A DNA stretch of 64,000 bases from Botryllus schlosseri (taxonomy: Eukaryota), in contig CM119371.1 of the NCBI GenBank assembly GCA_051294905.1, forward strand, positions 8,930,001 to 8,994,000. The letters are read 5' to 3'. This document shows positions 13,800-26,831 of this stretch, piece after piece. A program made the translations under genes and the position numbers. The notes below the pieces were generated by a model, which was not told the origin of the DNA, did no database searches, and saw only the letters and a list, made by a program, of their open reading frames with translations. Positions within the stretch are counted from its first letter, which is position 1. Each line of letters opens with the position of its first letter.

Positions 13800-14583
13800 G
13801 TGTACGGTGTCGGGTTCGATGTGAAGTTTGTATATTTGACAAATAAAAATAATTGCTGTCATGCAGGCAATCAATATTCCCCGCTAATTCGCCTTTCCCG
13901 ACATATTGCTTTGAAGGCTGGATTAGGTTTTGTACAACTACGCTGATTCAGCACAGAACAAAGCAGACATGGCGGTGCCTGAGTGATAATGCAATTTTCA
14001 AATCCTCATTGTCGTCCTTATCACAAAAGAGAAATGAACTCATTTGGAAGTAATGTTCACGCTTACGAATCCTAATTACAAACTCGCCATTCACATTGTG
14101 ATTGTTAGATAGCGTGCCTGAACTGCCGTGAAAATATAGGCGTGTAGCGCAATGTTGTTAGAGGTGGCGAATTTGAGAATTGAGAAGTAAAGTAGATGAA
14201 ACTATAACAGGTAATAGATTTTCTGGCAGTAGAGGATATTATCCCGGTTCGTTGGAAGCTTGGAACAATATACTTTAACTGCGAGTGGCTGCCAGTAAAC
14301 TATCTTATATATATGTATCGACTTTCCATTAGATAAAATAAAATCTTCACACATGCTACACGATCTGCGTGGAGATGCGTTGGACATCCATGGTTAATTG
14401 CATCGCCAGTGCGAAAGTGTGCAGTGTTTGCGATAAAAATCTTATGAAATATGGTGTCTTAGCGCAGACTGAAATTTCTGTGACATCGTAAATCGTTAGT
14501 AAATCAAAATGACCCCCTCGAACTTCGTCTAATTATGCCCTGCTTGTTGTAGTCACGAAGGAACGATATTCTGACACGAGGAA

Positions 14584-15072
14584 TACGACGACCATACGCC
14601 CTCTTTTAAGACCATTTGTTCTCATTTGACCTTTTTTAAAGTGTTTTCAGAGGATGCCCTTTGTCCTCTTTTTTGAGATTTTGTCCTCTTTTTTGAGAAT
14701 TATGGTCATATTTATAGCAAAATTCGACTGAGATGCCGTAAATGAACACCGAAGGGACACTCTGGCGGGTATTTCTGGAACTGAGCGGAAAGTTGACCTT
14801 TTTTTAGTCAACCACCCGACAATGTGAAGAAAAAAATGTATTTTGGGCACCGAGCAACATAGTTAACCTTTTTTCTTTTTTTTAGTCAACCACCGGACAA
14901 TGTCGAGGCAAAAACTCTATTTTGATCGCTGGGCGAGAAAGTTGACATCTTTTTTAGTCAACCGACCACAAAGGGGGAAAATTTATCAGTTTGAGAATTG
15001 TCCTTCGGTTTTGAAAGTCTGAAAATTCTGAAAAAGTGTCCTCTTTTCGAATTTCTAAAATATGGTAACTCC
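14584..15072. mobile_element. hAT (Tip100-like) MITE, inverted copy of 62358-62795
   Basis: GTCCTCTTTT motifs and a TATGGTAAC end; reverse-complement similarity to the 62.4-kb copy. Confidence 0.7.
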
Positions 15073-15528
15073 ACTTTATAAGGGACGCTTTACTTACAAA
15101 AGTTTACTTTCAGAAATATTACGACAGGAAAGAAAGGAACTAAAGCGGTGATGATCAGCGCAGTAAAGAAAATCTATTTTGAAAGTGGAAGTACATTAGG
15201 AAGGAAAGCTAAGTTACAGTTATCTAAATATGAACATCACTTGGTGTGATGATGAATTGCAACCTGTAGGAGATTACCTTTTCTGTCGTGCAAAATTGAC
15301 AAATGAAGCTATGGTGCCAAGCGGATTGAAAAAAAAACGAGCTATTTCAAAACTACTCTGTGTTGGTGCGCCACGAACTGTTTTTTGAATTTGAAAGGGT
15401 GCCGCGACTCCAAAAAGGTTAAGAAATGCTGGACTTGGAATAATACCCTTGTCAAACCTTATCCAGCTTTATGCGCCACGACTTACGCCTTTTTGATCAC
15501 ACGATGAGATTCATCCCTGATTACCCCG

Positions 15529-15876
15529 GTGAAGCGAGTGGCGCAGTTGGTTAAGCGCCAGCGTCACGACACCAATGGCAGTGGTTCGAATTCCGGTTCG
15601 GACCAATTTCTTCGTGTCGGAGGCTATATAGTTGCAGTTGTGTGTCTTTAAAAGCCAAATCACAGTGAGCCGAGCTACAAGTCGGCAAAGAAACGATGGT
15701 GTAGCGAGCGTGACAGAGACTGCATGAGAGAGAGAGAGTGGAAGAACATTAAAAACCCAGGGAAATGCCATTCATCGTACTGTACAAAAATTGTAATGTC
15801 GTGTAGCACAAAGCTTTAAACTGGCTAAAAGCCACTGTTGTGTCTAATAATAATAATAATTATAATAATAATAATA
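15529..15876 (+). mobile_element. tRNA-derived SINE (family A) with (TAA)n tail
   Basis: A-box TGGCGCAGTTGG, B-box GGTTCGAATTCC; 16-bp TSD ATCCCTGAT(T/C)ACCCCG. Confidence 0.9.
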
Positions 15877-17525
15877 ATCCCTGATCACCCCGATTCGGCA
15901 TTTGTTTCCTGGAAAGTCAAGATTTGCCATTATGGTTCACGCGAAATTTATGTGCAATGACCAATGTGTCTCGGTCAATATAATTGATATAGCTGCTACG
16001 TGGTTCATGTGCGAAATTCTTATGACAGTTTCATCACATTAAACTTTGGGGAATAAACTCAACATATTTTCAATTGCCTTTGTAATCTCTCATTGCATAA
16101 TAGTAGTTTCCAAAACTAGTGAAACAAGCTATCCGTAACTTTCATCGTCACATAACTACGAGCCTTCTAATACGATGGAAAATGGTACAAAGCCAGTTTT
16201 CTACAACAAAGATATTTTTGCATCAAATGATGCCGCGGAATGTTTATGCCACTGCGAATATCTATTTCCTGAAATGTAGCAACACATACCCAGCTCGCCG
16301 CACCGTCGGCCCATGTCAGTAGCGTATTTATGACTGCTTTTAAAAGCAACTCACTTGAATACTTTTTAAATTCAGCTGATGCCACTTCAGGTAATTTTAA
16401 GCTGCTTCGAAAAACACTACTTGCACTTTTACTTGAGTCAACTACCGCTTAGCCACCTCTACTTCTACTCAAGTAGTCTACTCGACTACTTTCGCCACAT
16501 CTGATCTACATGTACATAAATGTATAATCATGTTTACAAAATTGTGGCAAAGTAAAAAATATTTGACAATCTGCGTTTCGTTTGGGTCGTATAAGACTGT
16601 ACTGTCGGTGAACTAATCATTGTCCATTTAACATTACTGTTTAGGCCTGCCTGTTGTAGACGGCCCATTGTCTGTTCATTGTGAATCGTAAACGATCAAA
16701 TGAAACAGATAAGCTGACGTTGTGTAATGCTCAACGTACCGCAATATCCTAAGTGAAGCAAGACTGTGTGGTCATTGGTTCTTATATAAGGAAGCGCATG
16801 ATGAAAGATTGTGATAGACATCATTTTCAGAATGAAGCAACATGGTGTGTCACCAGCGGTGTACGCACAACTTCAGTGTTTCCAGTCAAAAACTGCTGCT
16901 GTTGAACGTTCTTTCCCCATTGTTTGAAAGCTATATAGTAAGGACAGACACTTTCTACCTGAGAATGTAAGATAGTATCTTTCGCACTACAGCAAATTAA
17001 GATTATTTCTATCATAATGCGAGATGTAATTAGGAATTTTTCATTGGTCAGATTTCGTTAAAATATTATTTTTCCTGTAAAAATTTGTCAGTTTTCAAGA
17101 CAAAACGTTTTTTCAATTTAAACTGCTTCGCAAGAACAGACAGCTCCTGAAGGGTGACTTGTCGCCGAGCACGAGAAAAGATTCGTTTCTTTACGATCTT
17201 TTCATATTTCAATCACGAATAGGACTTCTCTGCTATCTGCGATACATCTGACCTACATCTCGACCGTAAGGCGCGCCACAATTATGTAAATCTGAAAATG
17301 ACAGATATTCATGGAGTAGCCTACTAGCCCGTAGCGAATGTGATATTACTGATATAGTGATCCATGAAGATCGCATTGTAATATAGGCAATATCAAAAAT
17401 TATCCGACAGTAACTTGAATAGATTACGGCTCAGTGATTTTTGTCGCCAATCCGATCATTTTTATCACACTGATTTTCACATTTACTTTTCTTTACGGTT
17501 TCATAAAATGTTTCCATCGTTTCAG

Positions 17526-17630
17526 GTGAAGGAAGTTGATTTGCGTGAAAACAAATTCTCAGCAACAGCACTATGTTCACTTCTTGGACATCGTCAAATT
17601 GAATCGCTATCTGGAAAATTGGATTGGAAA
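17526..17630 (+). CDS. NLR-like gene, LRR exon (VKEVDLRENKFSATALCSLL...)
   Basis: tttcAG acceptor, GTGAGT donor, 105 nt, phase 0-0, LxxLxLxxN-type motif. Confidence 0.8.
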
Positions 17631-18252
17631 GTGAGTTCGATTGAACGATTCGGTTGTGTACTAACAAGCGTAAAAACCGAAGCGTAATCTTATGTCGGAA
17701 TGCGGAGGATTGTGATGTGACAATCGCTCATGATCGCTGACGTCATATATGAGCGAGACCACATTTCTATACATGTCATCCATAAGACGTAGGCCTACTG
17801 TATCTGTATTTCACCACATATTTGATATTCTATTATCAGCGCTGTGTAATTATTTCCGAAGCATGCAATCGACTTTAGTGACATACTGCATTACGTATCG
17901 CAACGGCAGCGATACTAGACCTGAGCGCATGTCTTGACCTCATCAGCATGAACTCCACTGCACAGCCAAATATTTGAAATTCGATATTACTGTGTATTGA
18001 AACGCGCCAGGCCCCGGTTAAAGGAATTGAACGAATTCAAATGTTTTGCATAATAAATATTTTTTAGATAATCAAGCGCCGCTTGCCACTGCAAAACGCT
18101 TGGCTGGCTGGTGCATTGCTGGCATCGTGACATTACAGGAGTGCGCATGTAGATGCAACAGATGAATACAGGTCCTAATCATGAATGTGATTAGTAATAC
18201 AGGCCAACACAATGTGGTCTGACACAGCATTGAGAAATTCTTTGCTGATTAA

Positions 18253-20316
18253 CCTTTGTCCGACTGCATATTTTTACACCGCTAACAGGCGGCATGGGTA
18301 CAATTGTACCCACGTACATTTTCCACTGAAATTTCCAAGCTAGTTATATTTTTTGTACGGTATGCCGTATTTATTGGTCAGAGCGTTTAAATACTGTGCT
18401 CTGGGAAGTATAGCACGTGTTGCTGCACCAGTTCTCTCTCCATTCCTCTTTTATTTTTATCATCCTTTCTGCCCCTGCGATCAGCTATCGCCATGCCAGT
18501 CGTTTCCTCTCCCTTCGTCTCTTGCCTTAGCTGTTCAAATCCATCATGAGTCCAGAGATGTGTGACATCATACTAAGAGAAACAAATCCAAGGGCTAGAA
18601 GAGTTTATGAAACTTTCAACAACAATCTCGCAGAAAGATTTCGTAATGCTTCTGTACGGCCACCACTAAGAACATTCGAGCCCTTTACTGAAGTTGAGCT
18701 CAGTGCATTTATTGGCATCCTTATTGCTGCTGGTGTACACAGGAATAACAAAGAGAATCTGGACGATATGTGAAAAGTAGATGCTTTGCCTCTTATACGT
18801 GCAGCTATGTCGCGTGACCGCTTCAAGTTGATGCTCAGAGTTATCAGATTTGACAACGATAATACACGTGCAGAGCGTGTGCAAACAGATAAAGCTGCCC
18901 CAATACGAGATCTGTGGCTAATGCGGAATAAAAATTTGGAGAGAGCCTACAAGCCACATGAATGTATCACGATAGATGAACAATTGTTTCCATTTAGAGG
19001 ACATACCAAATTCACACAGTATATACCATCTAAACCAGCTAAATATGGTATCAAGGTGTTCTGGGCTTGTGATGCATCAAACGCCTACCCGCTGCATGGT
19101 CAGCTTTATACTGGAAAACCAATAGATGGTCCCCGACAAACAAATGTTGGTGAGCGAACAGTTTTGGAACTGGTCTGTTTGTATAAAGGCTCTGGAAGAA
19201 ATGTCACCACCGATAATTTCTTCACAGGCATGCAGCTAGCTAAAGTATTGAACACCTGGGACATGACTTTAGTTGAAACAGTCAGAAAAAACAAGAGGTT
19301 TTTGCCAAGCAACATGCAGCCTGGCAAGGAAATAGCACTTCACTCGACCAATTTCGCCTACCATCGAGATGCAACAGTCTGTTCATATGTGTCAAAGAAA
19401 AACAGAGCAGTTGTGCTTCTATCATCCATGCACATGACCGGAGAAGTCGAAGCAACACAATCAAGCAAACCAGAGATCATCACGTACTATAATAAAACCA
19501 AAGGGGGGGGGGGACACAATGGACAAAATGCTGGGAGAATACACAGTAAAACGACGGACACTGCGTTGGCTTTTGGCGTTTTTCTATAACATGATCGACG
19601 TCGATCATCTACAGGGAACACAAGCCAGTGTTTAAGAAAAAGGACCAACGGAGAAAGTTCCTCAAAGATCTTGCGAAACAGCTTGCTCTACCAACCGCAT
19701 GATAATGAGAAATCGCTTCCTTCGAGCTGCAGTGGAAATGGTTCTAGGACGGCCCATTGCGACACCGCCAGAAGGGGCAGAAGCTAACCCCAAAGAACCC
19801 CATGGAAATCGAGGAGCTACACCAATTGTTGGCAGTTGCTATTTCTGCAGAGATCAGAAACGAAAACGACATAAAACCAGGAAAGGCTGTGTGGCTTGCG
19901 TTCAGACTGTGTGCGACGAACACTCCATAACAAAAACAAAGTGTATTACTTGTGACACTGACTAAACCCATCTCAACTAAGTTTTCTTTCATATTTCTGT
20001 GTCAAATAAATCATTTCTGTACTCTGTTTCATTCAACATTCAAAAAATTGTCTTTGTGTTATGTATACTGGCATTATTTAGATACACAATGTGCAAGGGT
20101 ACAATTGTACCCATACCGCCTGTTAAGGGTGTAAAAACAACTCGACCCTAAATCTCGGTAACGTGTACAGATTTTTTGCCGAAATTTTGTCTGCATAATC
20201 TAACATAGAAATGTAGAGATGTCAGGAAGTTTCAGGTTTCTCGGGTTTCTAGAAAAAAGACTGTCGTGTTTTAAAATTGGAATGGGTACAATTGTACCCA
20301 TGCAGTCGGACAAAGG
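18253..20316 (+). mobile_element. piggyBac transposon with disrupted PGBD4-like transposase
   Basis: TTAA TSDs (18249-18252, 20317-20320); perfect 17-bp TIR CCTTTGTCCGACTGCAT. Motifs IDEQL, YIPSKPAKYG, TDNFF, KGG.D and a C-terminal Cys-rich domain. TGA at 18771 and a frameshift in the G11 run at 19503. Confidence 0.95.
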
Positions 20317-20604
20317 TTAAAACAGAGTTCTGGGCTTCAATGCTTCATTTGCCATGTATTCTAGGAGTCACCATGATGTCCGTGAAGTAATTCTGATTTA
20401 AATGCTCACAAAAGCAAACTGTCGAAATATCGAGTCGCCAAATGCGACCACTGGCAAAAACGTCAGTAGAATCAGTGACCTGTGTCGATGACGTAATAGC
20501 GTATGATGATCTGTCGTCACTGTATGTGTGATATGACGTCACCATATTTGGTGGATGATCGACGCAGTGCATGATCTCAAGATTCACATCTGAACAATAT
20601 TCAG

Positions 20605-20703
20605 GTTGTCAAGCTGACTGTAGGAGGAAACACTGTTAGATTGAAGAACGAAAAAGATGTCATCAAGATAGGAGGCTCAGCTGAAGGTATTTTCAACAAC
20701 AAG
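20605..20703 (+). CDS. NLR-like gene, internal exon (VVKLTVGGNTVRLKNEKDVIKIGGSAEGIFNNK)
   Basis: ttcAG acceptor, AAG|GTATTA donor, 99 nt, phase 0-0, open frame. Confidence 0.65.
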
Positions 20704-21658
20704 GTATTAAGATAATTCTACTTTGATAACGATTCCGTTCTAATTGCAATGAACCTTCGCTCATTTCACTGACTTTACTATGTACGAAGCTGTAACAACA
20801 TTAGGCAAGCACGTAAAGCGATAACTTTGCGTAGTAATATAGCTAGGCTGTAGCTGATGACGTGATGATGAGCGTCATGAAGACGAGATGTTTTTGTTCT
20901 GTTTGTGCTGATTTTTAAAGTAATGAGTTTTTTCCCTGCTGAACGTATAGATTCTTTTGTCGACACTGTACTTTGATTTTCAAGTACATTCACTATTTTT
21001 TTTTCTCGCATTTTTCAACAGATAAACAGTATTTTTGTAAACATTCGGAACAGTTTTACTGAAAAATTCTGTGCTGGGAATGGGGGTGCTTAAGATATAT
21101 ATTCTGAACACAGTTCTGCTTCGATTTCTGTTAAAGACTATTGTGGCAGTAAGATGTACTTGACACCATCGTTATCGTGCCATACCAGTAAGACGAGTGC
21201 GATTTGGAAACGAATAGTTAACTTGACTCAATTCTAGTAAACTAAAATATATTCAAATTTATTTGATTCAAATAATTAATCAATTGTAATTCAATGAAAC
21301 GATGATTAGGAATTGAAGCGAACTGAAGTATTTCCTAATTAAAATCTACAGGTTGTCACTGGCGAAGTACTTTTACTTTTCTGAAGTACTCAAGTATATC
21401 CTCTACCTGCAGTACTTACTCAAGTAAATCAACTTTTCCGTTACTCTACATCTACTTTGACTTTGTCATATTTTCTGACTTACTAGCATAGTTTGTCAAG
21501 TAACAGTGTTACTTACTTCCTATAAGAGAGAGGAGAGGGAGAGACAAAGAGCTTCAGGTGGTATTTTTGCTGCGGGTCCCGCTTTTTGTCATGTTTAGAA
21601 GTCTTATGGATTGTTGCTGGTAGATTGTCACGTGACTGACAACACTTTATGTTCACAG

Positions 21659-21808
21659 GATTCCACTCTATCGTTCACATGGGTTCTATCCATGCTAGCA
21701 GTGGAATATGTCAGTGAACTTTTCGATGCAAAATCTGTCAAATTGATTAAAGAAGTGTTCGTCGAGCAGGATGATTTGCGAAAGTTATCAGAGTATAGAT
21801 TACAAAAG
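21659..21808 (+). CDS. NLR-like gene, internal exon (DSTLSFTWVLSML...SEYRLQK)
   Basis: gttcacAG acceptor, AAG|GTTGGT donor, 150 nt, phase 0-0. Confidence 0.65.
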
Positions 21809-24800
21809 GTTGGTTACAGTTATTTTACTTGAACAGTTTATATAGTTTTAAGTTTGCTCTAGGCGTGAACGTTGAGTCATGCTTGGCTGATTCCACCATT
21901 TCATTTTCTTCTTCTTTCATCGGTACTGTATCCGCCAGTAGTTAATCAAGTAATTAAAATCTGAATATCAAATACAGATAAGGAACAGAACGCTTTTTTG
22001 TGCGCACTTGAATTAAGAATAATTCTGGCTGTTTAGTGTGCAGGTTCCGAATTTGTTTGGTGGGCACATGGCACCTGTTTCTGTGGATATGGTGTTTTTA
22101 CTAATACCGAAGTTTTAATTGGACCATTCAATTTGTCGACAAGACTATTTACTTGTTACAATTTAGATTCTCAAAAGTAGAAAGTAGTTTTAGTATGAAT
22201 GGAAAATCGTCATATTGCGCATGTTCAGTGTCTAGTTAACGCAGAGCTGGTCAATGTAGTCAACCGTGTTAATCGAGTAAGAGTAGAGTAACGTGTTACA
22301 TTTATATGCAATAGGTGTGTTTAGAATATATTTTTACTTCAAATTTCAATGGCTAATTGATAAAATTGTTTGGTTGTCTGAAGAAACTCTGCACACCAAA
22401 TTTGGTTCAATTCCAACCGCATTATAGCCGCATTACAATAAGAAAATAAATATTAGGTTTATTATATAAAATTTAAATGATTTGATTTTTCAAAATTTCT
22501 GTTTACTTCATAAAATTGTTAGGTTGTCTACAGAAACGGTGCTAACCAAATTTGGCTGAATTTAGACGAGTGAAAGTGGATTGATTGCAATTCAAAAATT
22601 TGGATATGAATAAAATAGTACAGTAACCTGGCCACCGCAAATACTCTTTTATTCAAATCCGAATTTTTTTTAACTACAATAACTTCGCTTCCACTGGTTG
22701 GAATTGAGCCAGATTGAGCTTCGTTTCTGTACAAGACCAAACATTATGATGGGGTGAAGAAAAACATTTTTTTATACATATAATAAATAGAATTTTTTTT
22801 TTGCTTGTAGCAATGGGGCTACTAGTTGGAATTGAACAAAATTTGGTGTGGCACCTTTAATTGTGTTACCTAACAATTTTATCAAGTAGCCAGTACAATC
22901 GAACACCCCTAATATGCGATAACAAGTAGAAGTAACTGCTTACAAGTCTTGTAAAACTACTTCGAGTGGAAGTAGCATACGACAGGTCGGAAACGTACTC
23001 AAGTGAGTAGTTCTGAAAATAATTTCCGCGGAGAGACCGCAAATACTCGGCGGATTGTCGGTTGTGGCAACTTCTTAAATTGCAAGAGACGTCTTCGCAA
23101 CTACGAATGCATAATGCATAACGCATAATGATTATTAGCATCACAAGTTGGAACAATCTTGAAAACTTTATTCAACAAATACGTTGATGACGATTCCACG
23201 CATTAAAGTCATTCAAGCGTGTCATAAAACTACGTTCACCTTTTCAAAATCCTATGCGAGAAAATTATATAATTTTGATCCGGTAAAGTGGAAGTAATAT
23301 AAAATCAAAACCACTCGAATAAGTAGTACAACTAGGCAAAACCTATTTGGGTACTCTGAAAAATAGAAGTAATTCCTTGATAGATATGGTGAGTAATTGT
23401 ACTTTTGAAGACTACTGATGTTAGGTTTACCTACTTGCACCACATACTCAAGTTCTTATGTTTTTAGACTAGTACCACTTCTACTTGAACAAGGTTTCGA
23501 CAAAGTGTCGAATTTGAATTCTTAAAAGTACAAAGTAGTGTGTTGGGATAAGTTTTCATCATTGAATAAGTGGAATCTTCATATTAACCACATGCACGTT
23601 TCGAAGTGCTCGAACAAATTCTGCTTACTTGCACTACTTATTCAAGCGTTTATGATATAAGGCAACTTCTACTTCCACTTGAGCAATTCTTCTGCAAGAC
23701 TAATTACTCGTTATATCCCGAAAAGAATAAAGTAGTTACTATTAAACTTTTCATCATTCCATTGGTGAAATTGTCATTATAACCATGTAGTTTGAAAAAG
23801 TAGATGTAATTTTCCATGTATTTTCGCAAAATTTTCACGATTTTTTGCCCTAAAATCGGGGGGTGCGTATTATACATGGGAACAAGACGCTTGAAAAAAT
23901 CTCCCTCGATAAAAAACTTGAAATCACACCTTTCTTCGAGTGTGTTTCCAATCGCGCATCACTTTCAGCCATCGTGCCCAGTAAGTCGCATTATCAGTGT
24001 AACGCGCTACCAATTAGCAAAACGCGTGTTGTCAATTAACGAGATTCATCTGCACAGCACGCAATCTCCTGCTAAGTTGGTTTGCCGTTTGCACGCGAGC
24101 AAGATTAGGTCATTCATTAATTGCTGAACGCGCCCGCAGCAATCCTCGCTAATTCATCGACATGCCATGTGGGCAAAATATAATCGCTTGCGTTATCAGT
24201 CGCACCTCCAACAGGCGTGGTATGCACGACATAACCGTTGGCCGGAGCAATCGCATCTGACCTCGTGCGCAAGATGTCGGGTCGCCGGCCCCGCAGGCTT
24301 TGGCTGCTATCTACTATCGTATAGAGCAGTGGTTCCCAACCTTTTTCGACTCATCGCCCTCTTTTCTAACTTCACACCGATCATCGCCCCCCAAATATTG
24401 GGAACATAAAACTGGGCATACAGACTGAAATCACCGACGAGTTGACTAAGATAAAAGGTCAACTTATCGGCTCGACCTCGAAATTACACTTTTCCAGCTA
24501 GATTTTCGTGAGTTGACTAACAAGAAAGGTGATTTCTCCGACTTGATTCCAAAAGGACCGTAACAGCACTTCGTCAGCCCCCAAATACGTTGGTCTTGAC
24601 GCCCTCCTTATGGCGATATAGCAAACTTCTGCACCCCTCAGACCCAACTCCCCGATACCTCTTTACCGCTACTTCTCAGCACAAATTGTTGGTCTCTTTA
24701 TAGTTAGTCGGCTTAATTCGCGCCAAGCGCGAAAAATTTCTATCATTCATGATTGAATTGGTCAATATGATCGGGAATTGCATATATATTGCTGTCAATT

Positions 24801-25532
24801 TTTTATCCTCTCTCTGCTCATGTATTCAGATTTACCGGTAAAGCTGAGTGAGGTGTCTTGGAAAATGTAGGGCCCGCAAATAATAATTGAACATATTCAG
24901 GCGGACCCGTGGGTATAATGACTTCGTTACGTAATGACATTTCATGGCCTGTATGCTATGTCAAAAGATATTGAAATCGCCCATACGTACTAAAAACTAA
25001 AAGGCGCATACGATTTCAAATTGGTATTTTTGCACTGGCAATTAGTTTTTCTCTGGGAGATGGCATTTTTATTGGGTTCTGATTGGACAGGACTGGAACA
25101 TTTGGCGCCAGCCATTTTGGCACATGAGGACAATTAGATATATATGTATATCGTATATATATCGAAGTCGGTCAGCATAAAGGCAGTCCTTTTCCGCCAA
25201 GGTTTTCTTGTTCTAGCACACTTCTCGGAGTCGCATGTTACATGGCCTGAAACTTCATATGTCTTGGTGCGTCATGGTGTGATCATTTTAGTATTCGTAG
25301 ACGGATATTCACAGTCCTTGCCATAATGATTACTTATCATTACTACAACGTAAGATATATATCGATGTACGACAGCTCTTTGTATACACAGACGCACGCT
25401 TTTGCGTAGGTATAATCACTCAGTATTATTGTATGTATTCCGAATTATACTTTACCATTAAACGTTATTTAGAATCATATAGGCAACAACAATTCACAGA
25501 CACAATCTATGAAGGTTTATGGCTATTAGAAC

Positions 25533-26831
25533 CAGGGCTTTGGAGCCGGAGCCGGAGCCCGGAGCCGGAGCCCCGGAGCCGTGCATTTTCACCGGAGCTG
25601 GAGCCGGAGCCGGAGCTCTACATAAAATTCAGCCAGAGCCGGAGCCGGAGCTGGAGCCCGTTATTTGAGGAGTAGCTCCGGCTCCAACCTATTTCATAAG
25701 ATGCCATTATATATATGCAACAACCACATCTGCTGATTTATCATAATTGAACAGCAGGCCTGAATTTTAATGCTGTGCACAGCAATGGCATAGAGTAAAG
25801 TGCGTTCTAGTGCAACTACGATGTTGTCGACAATTGACAAGTATTCAGTATAACGTCGCAAACCGGCACGGCGGCACCTATATGTCTTCGTTGCTACATC
25901 GGATGTTACTGATGGCTGACAGACTCTAGATGACTATAGATAACTAACATATGTGTAGATTAGTGATCTATATAGACCAGGAATGGCCAACCTTTTCGGC
26001 TAAAAGGGCACATGCAATTGACGAACGAGTGTGCGGTCCACTAGCTGCGCCAAGCGGGTAACATTTTGTAAGTTTATTAATGAACTAGGTCAATAATAAT
26101 ATTACTCGAGTATTACGGGTCTATTGTATACCGCCCGCTAGGCTCAGTTTGCAAGGACACGACTATTCGGCGTCTGGTCACATCGATATCGAAGGTATCC
26201 GATAATATGCGACAATCAAGTTGCGCCTACATTTCTCGTCGACGATCTTTATGCGAGCGCAAACGCGAAAAGACTTTCTCCCGTAATTGCGAATACAGTT
26301 AGACTGAATCGGGTTAATTAGGCGTTTTTTTTTCTTCATTTTCAGTAGGGGGTAGGCTACCAAGCAAGAAAGCGTGCGACAATTAAACATGCGAAGCGTG
26401 AAGAAAAATTTCGCTACTATTTTAGTTGATTGTAATGTACGACGATTTACTGAAAATGTGACTGGACCCTGGTTCTGCCAATGCGTCGGAACTGATATTT
26501 TAGTCATCAACATCCCAAGGGTCGCAGCCAGAATTGTAATTTCTGGTTGGCATTGCAAGTTCACAATCTGAGCAATTCATTTTCGATAAGATAATAGGAA
26601 ATTACCTCGCGGGTCACGCAAAACCCTCTCGCGGGCCACATTTGACCCGCGGGTTGGGCACCCCTGATATAGACATGCCCATTCGATAATTTCAGAGCTG
26701 GAGCCGGAGCTGGAGCCGGAGCAGTGGTAATAATGCAGCTCCGGAGCTGGAGCCGGAGCTAATGTATGATAAAAGAGAGCTCCGGAGCCGGAGCCGGAGC
26801 AGTTTAAATTTACGGCTGCTCCAAAGCCCTG
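25533..26831. mobile_element. hAT-type MITE with (GGAGCC)n subterminal arrays
   Basis: TIR CAGGGCTTTGGAGC/GCTCCAAAGCCCTG; perfect TSD ATTAGAAC. Confidence 0.9.
25978..26666. mobile_element. Charlie-type MITE nested in the GGAGCC MITE
   Basis: CAGGAATGGCCAACC...GGTTGGGCACCCCTG; perfect TSD ATATAGAC. Confidence 0.85.

Noticed and set aside
15529..15605. tRNA gene (also at 33670, 35377, 48567, 57968)
   Set aside because: These are tRNA-like heads of SINEs. They are followed by a shared body, a simple-repeat tail and TSDs, and lack a proper acceptor stem and terminator.
18546..19965. Domesticated PGBD gene or NLR-transposase fusion (sense orientation in intron)
   Set aside because: In-frame stop, frameshift, deletions and intact TIRs indicate a decayed TE; no convincing in-frame splice sites were seen.
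25433..25675. ORF with RS/EP repeats
   Set aside because: Translation of the (GGAGCC)n MITE repeats.
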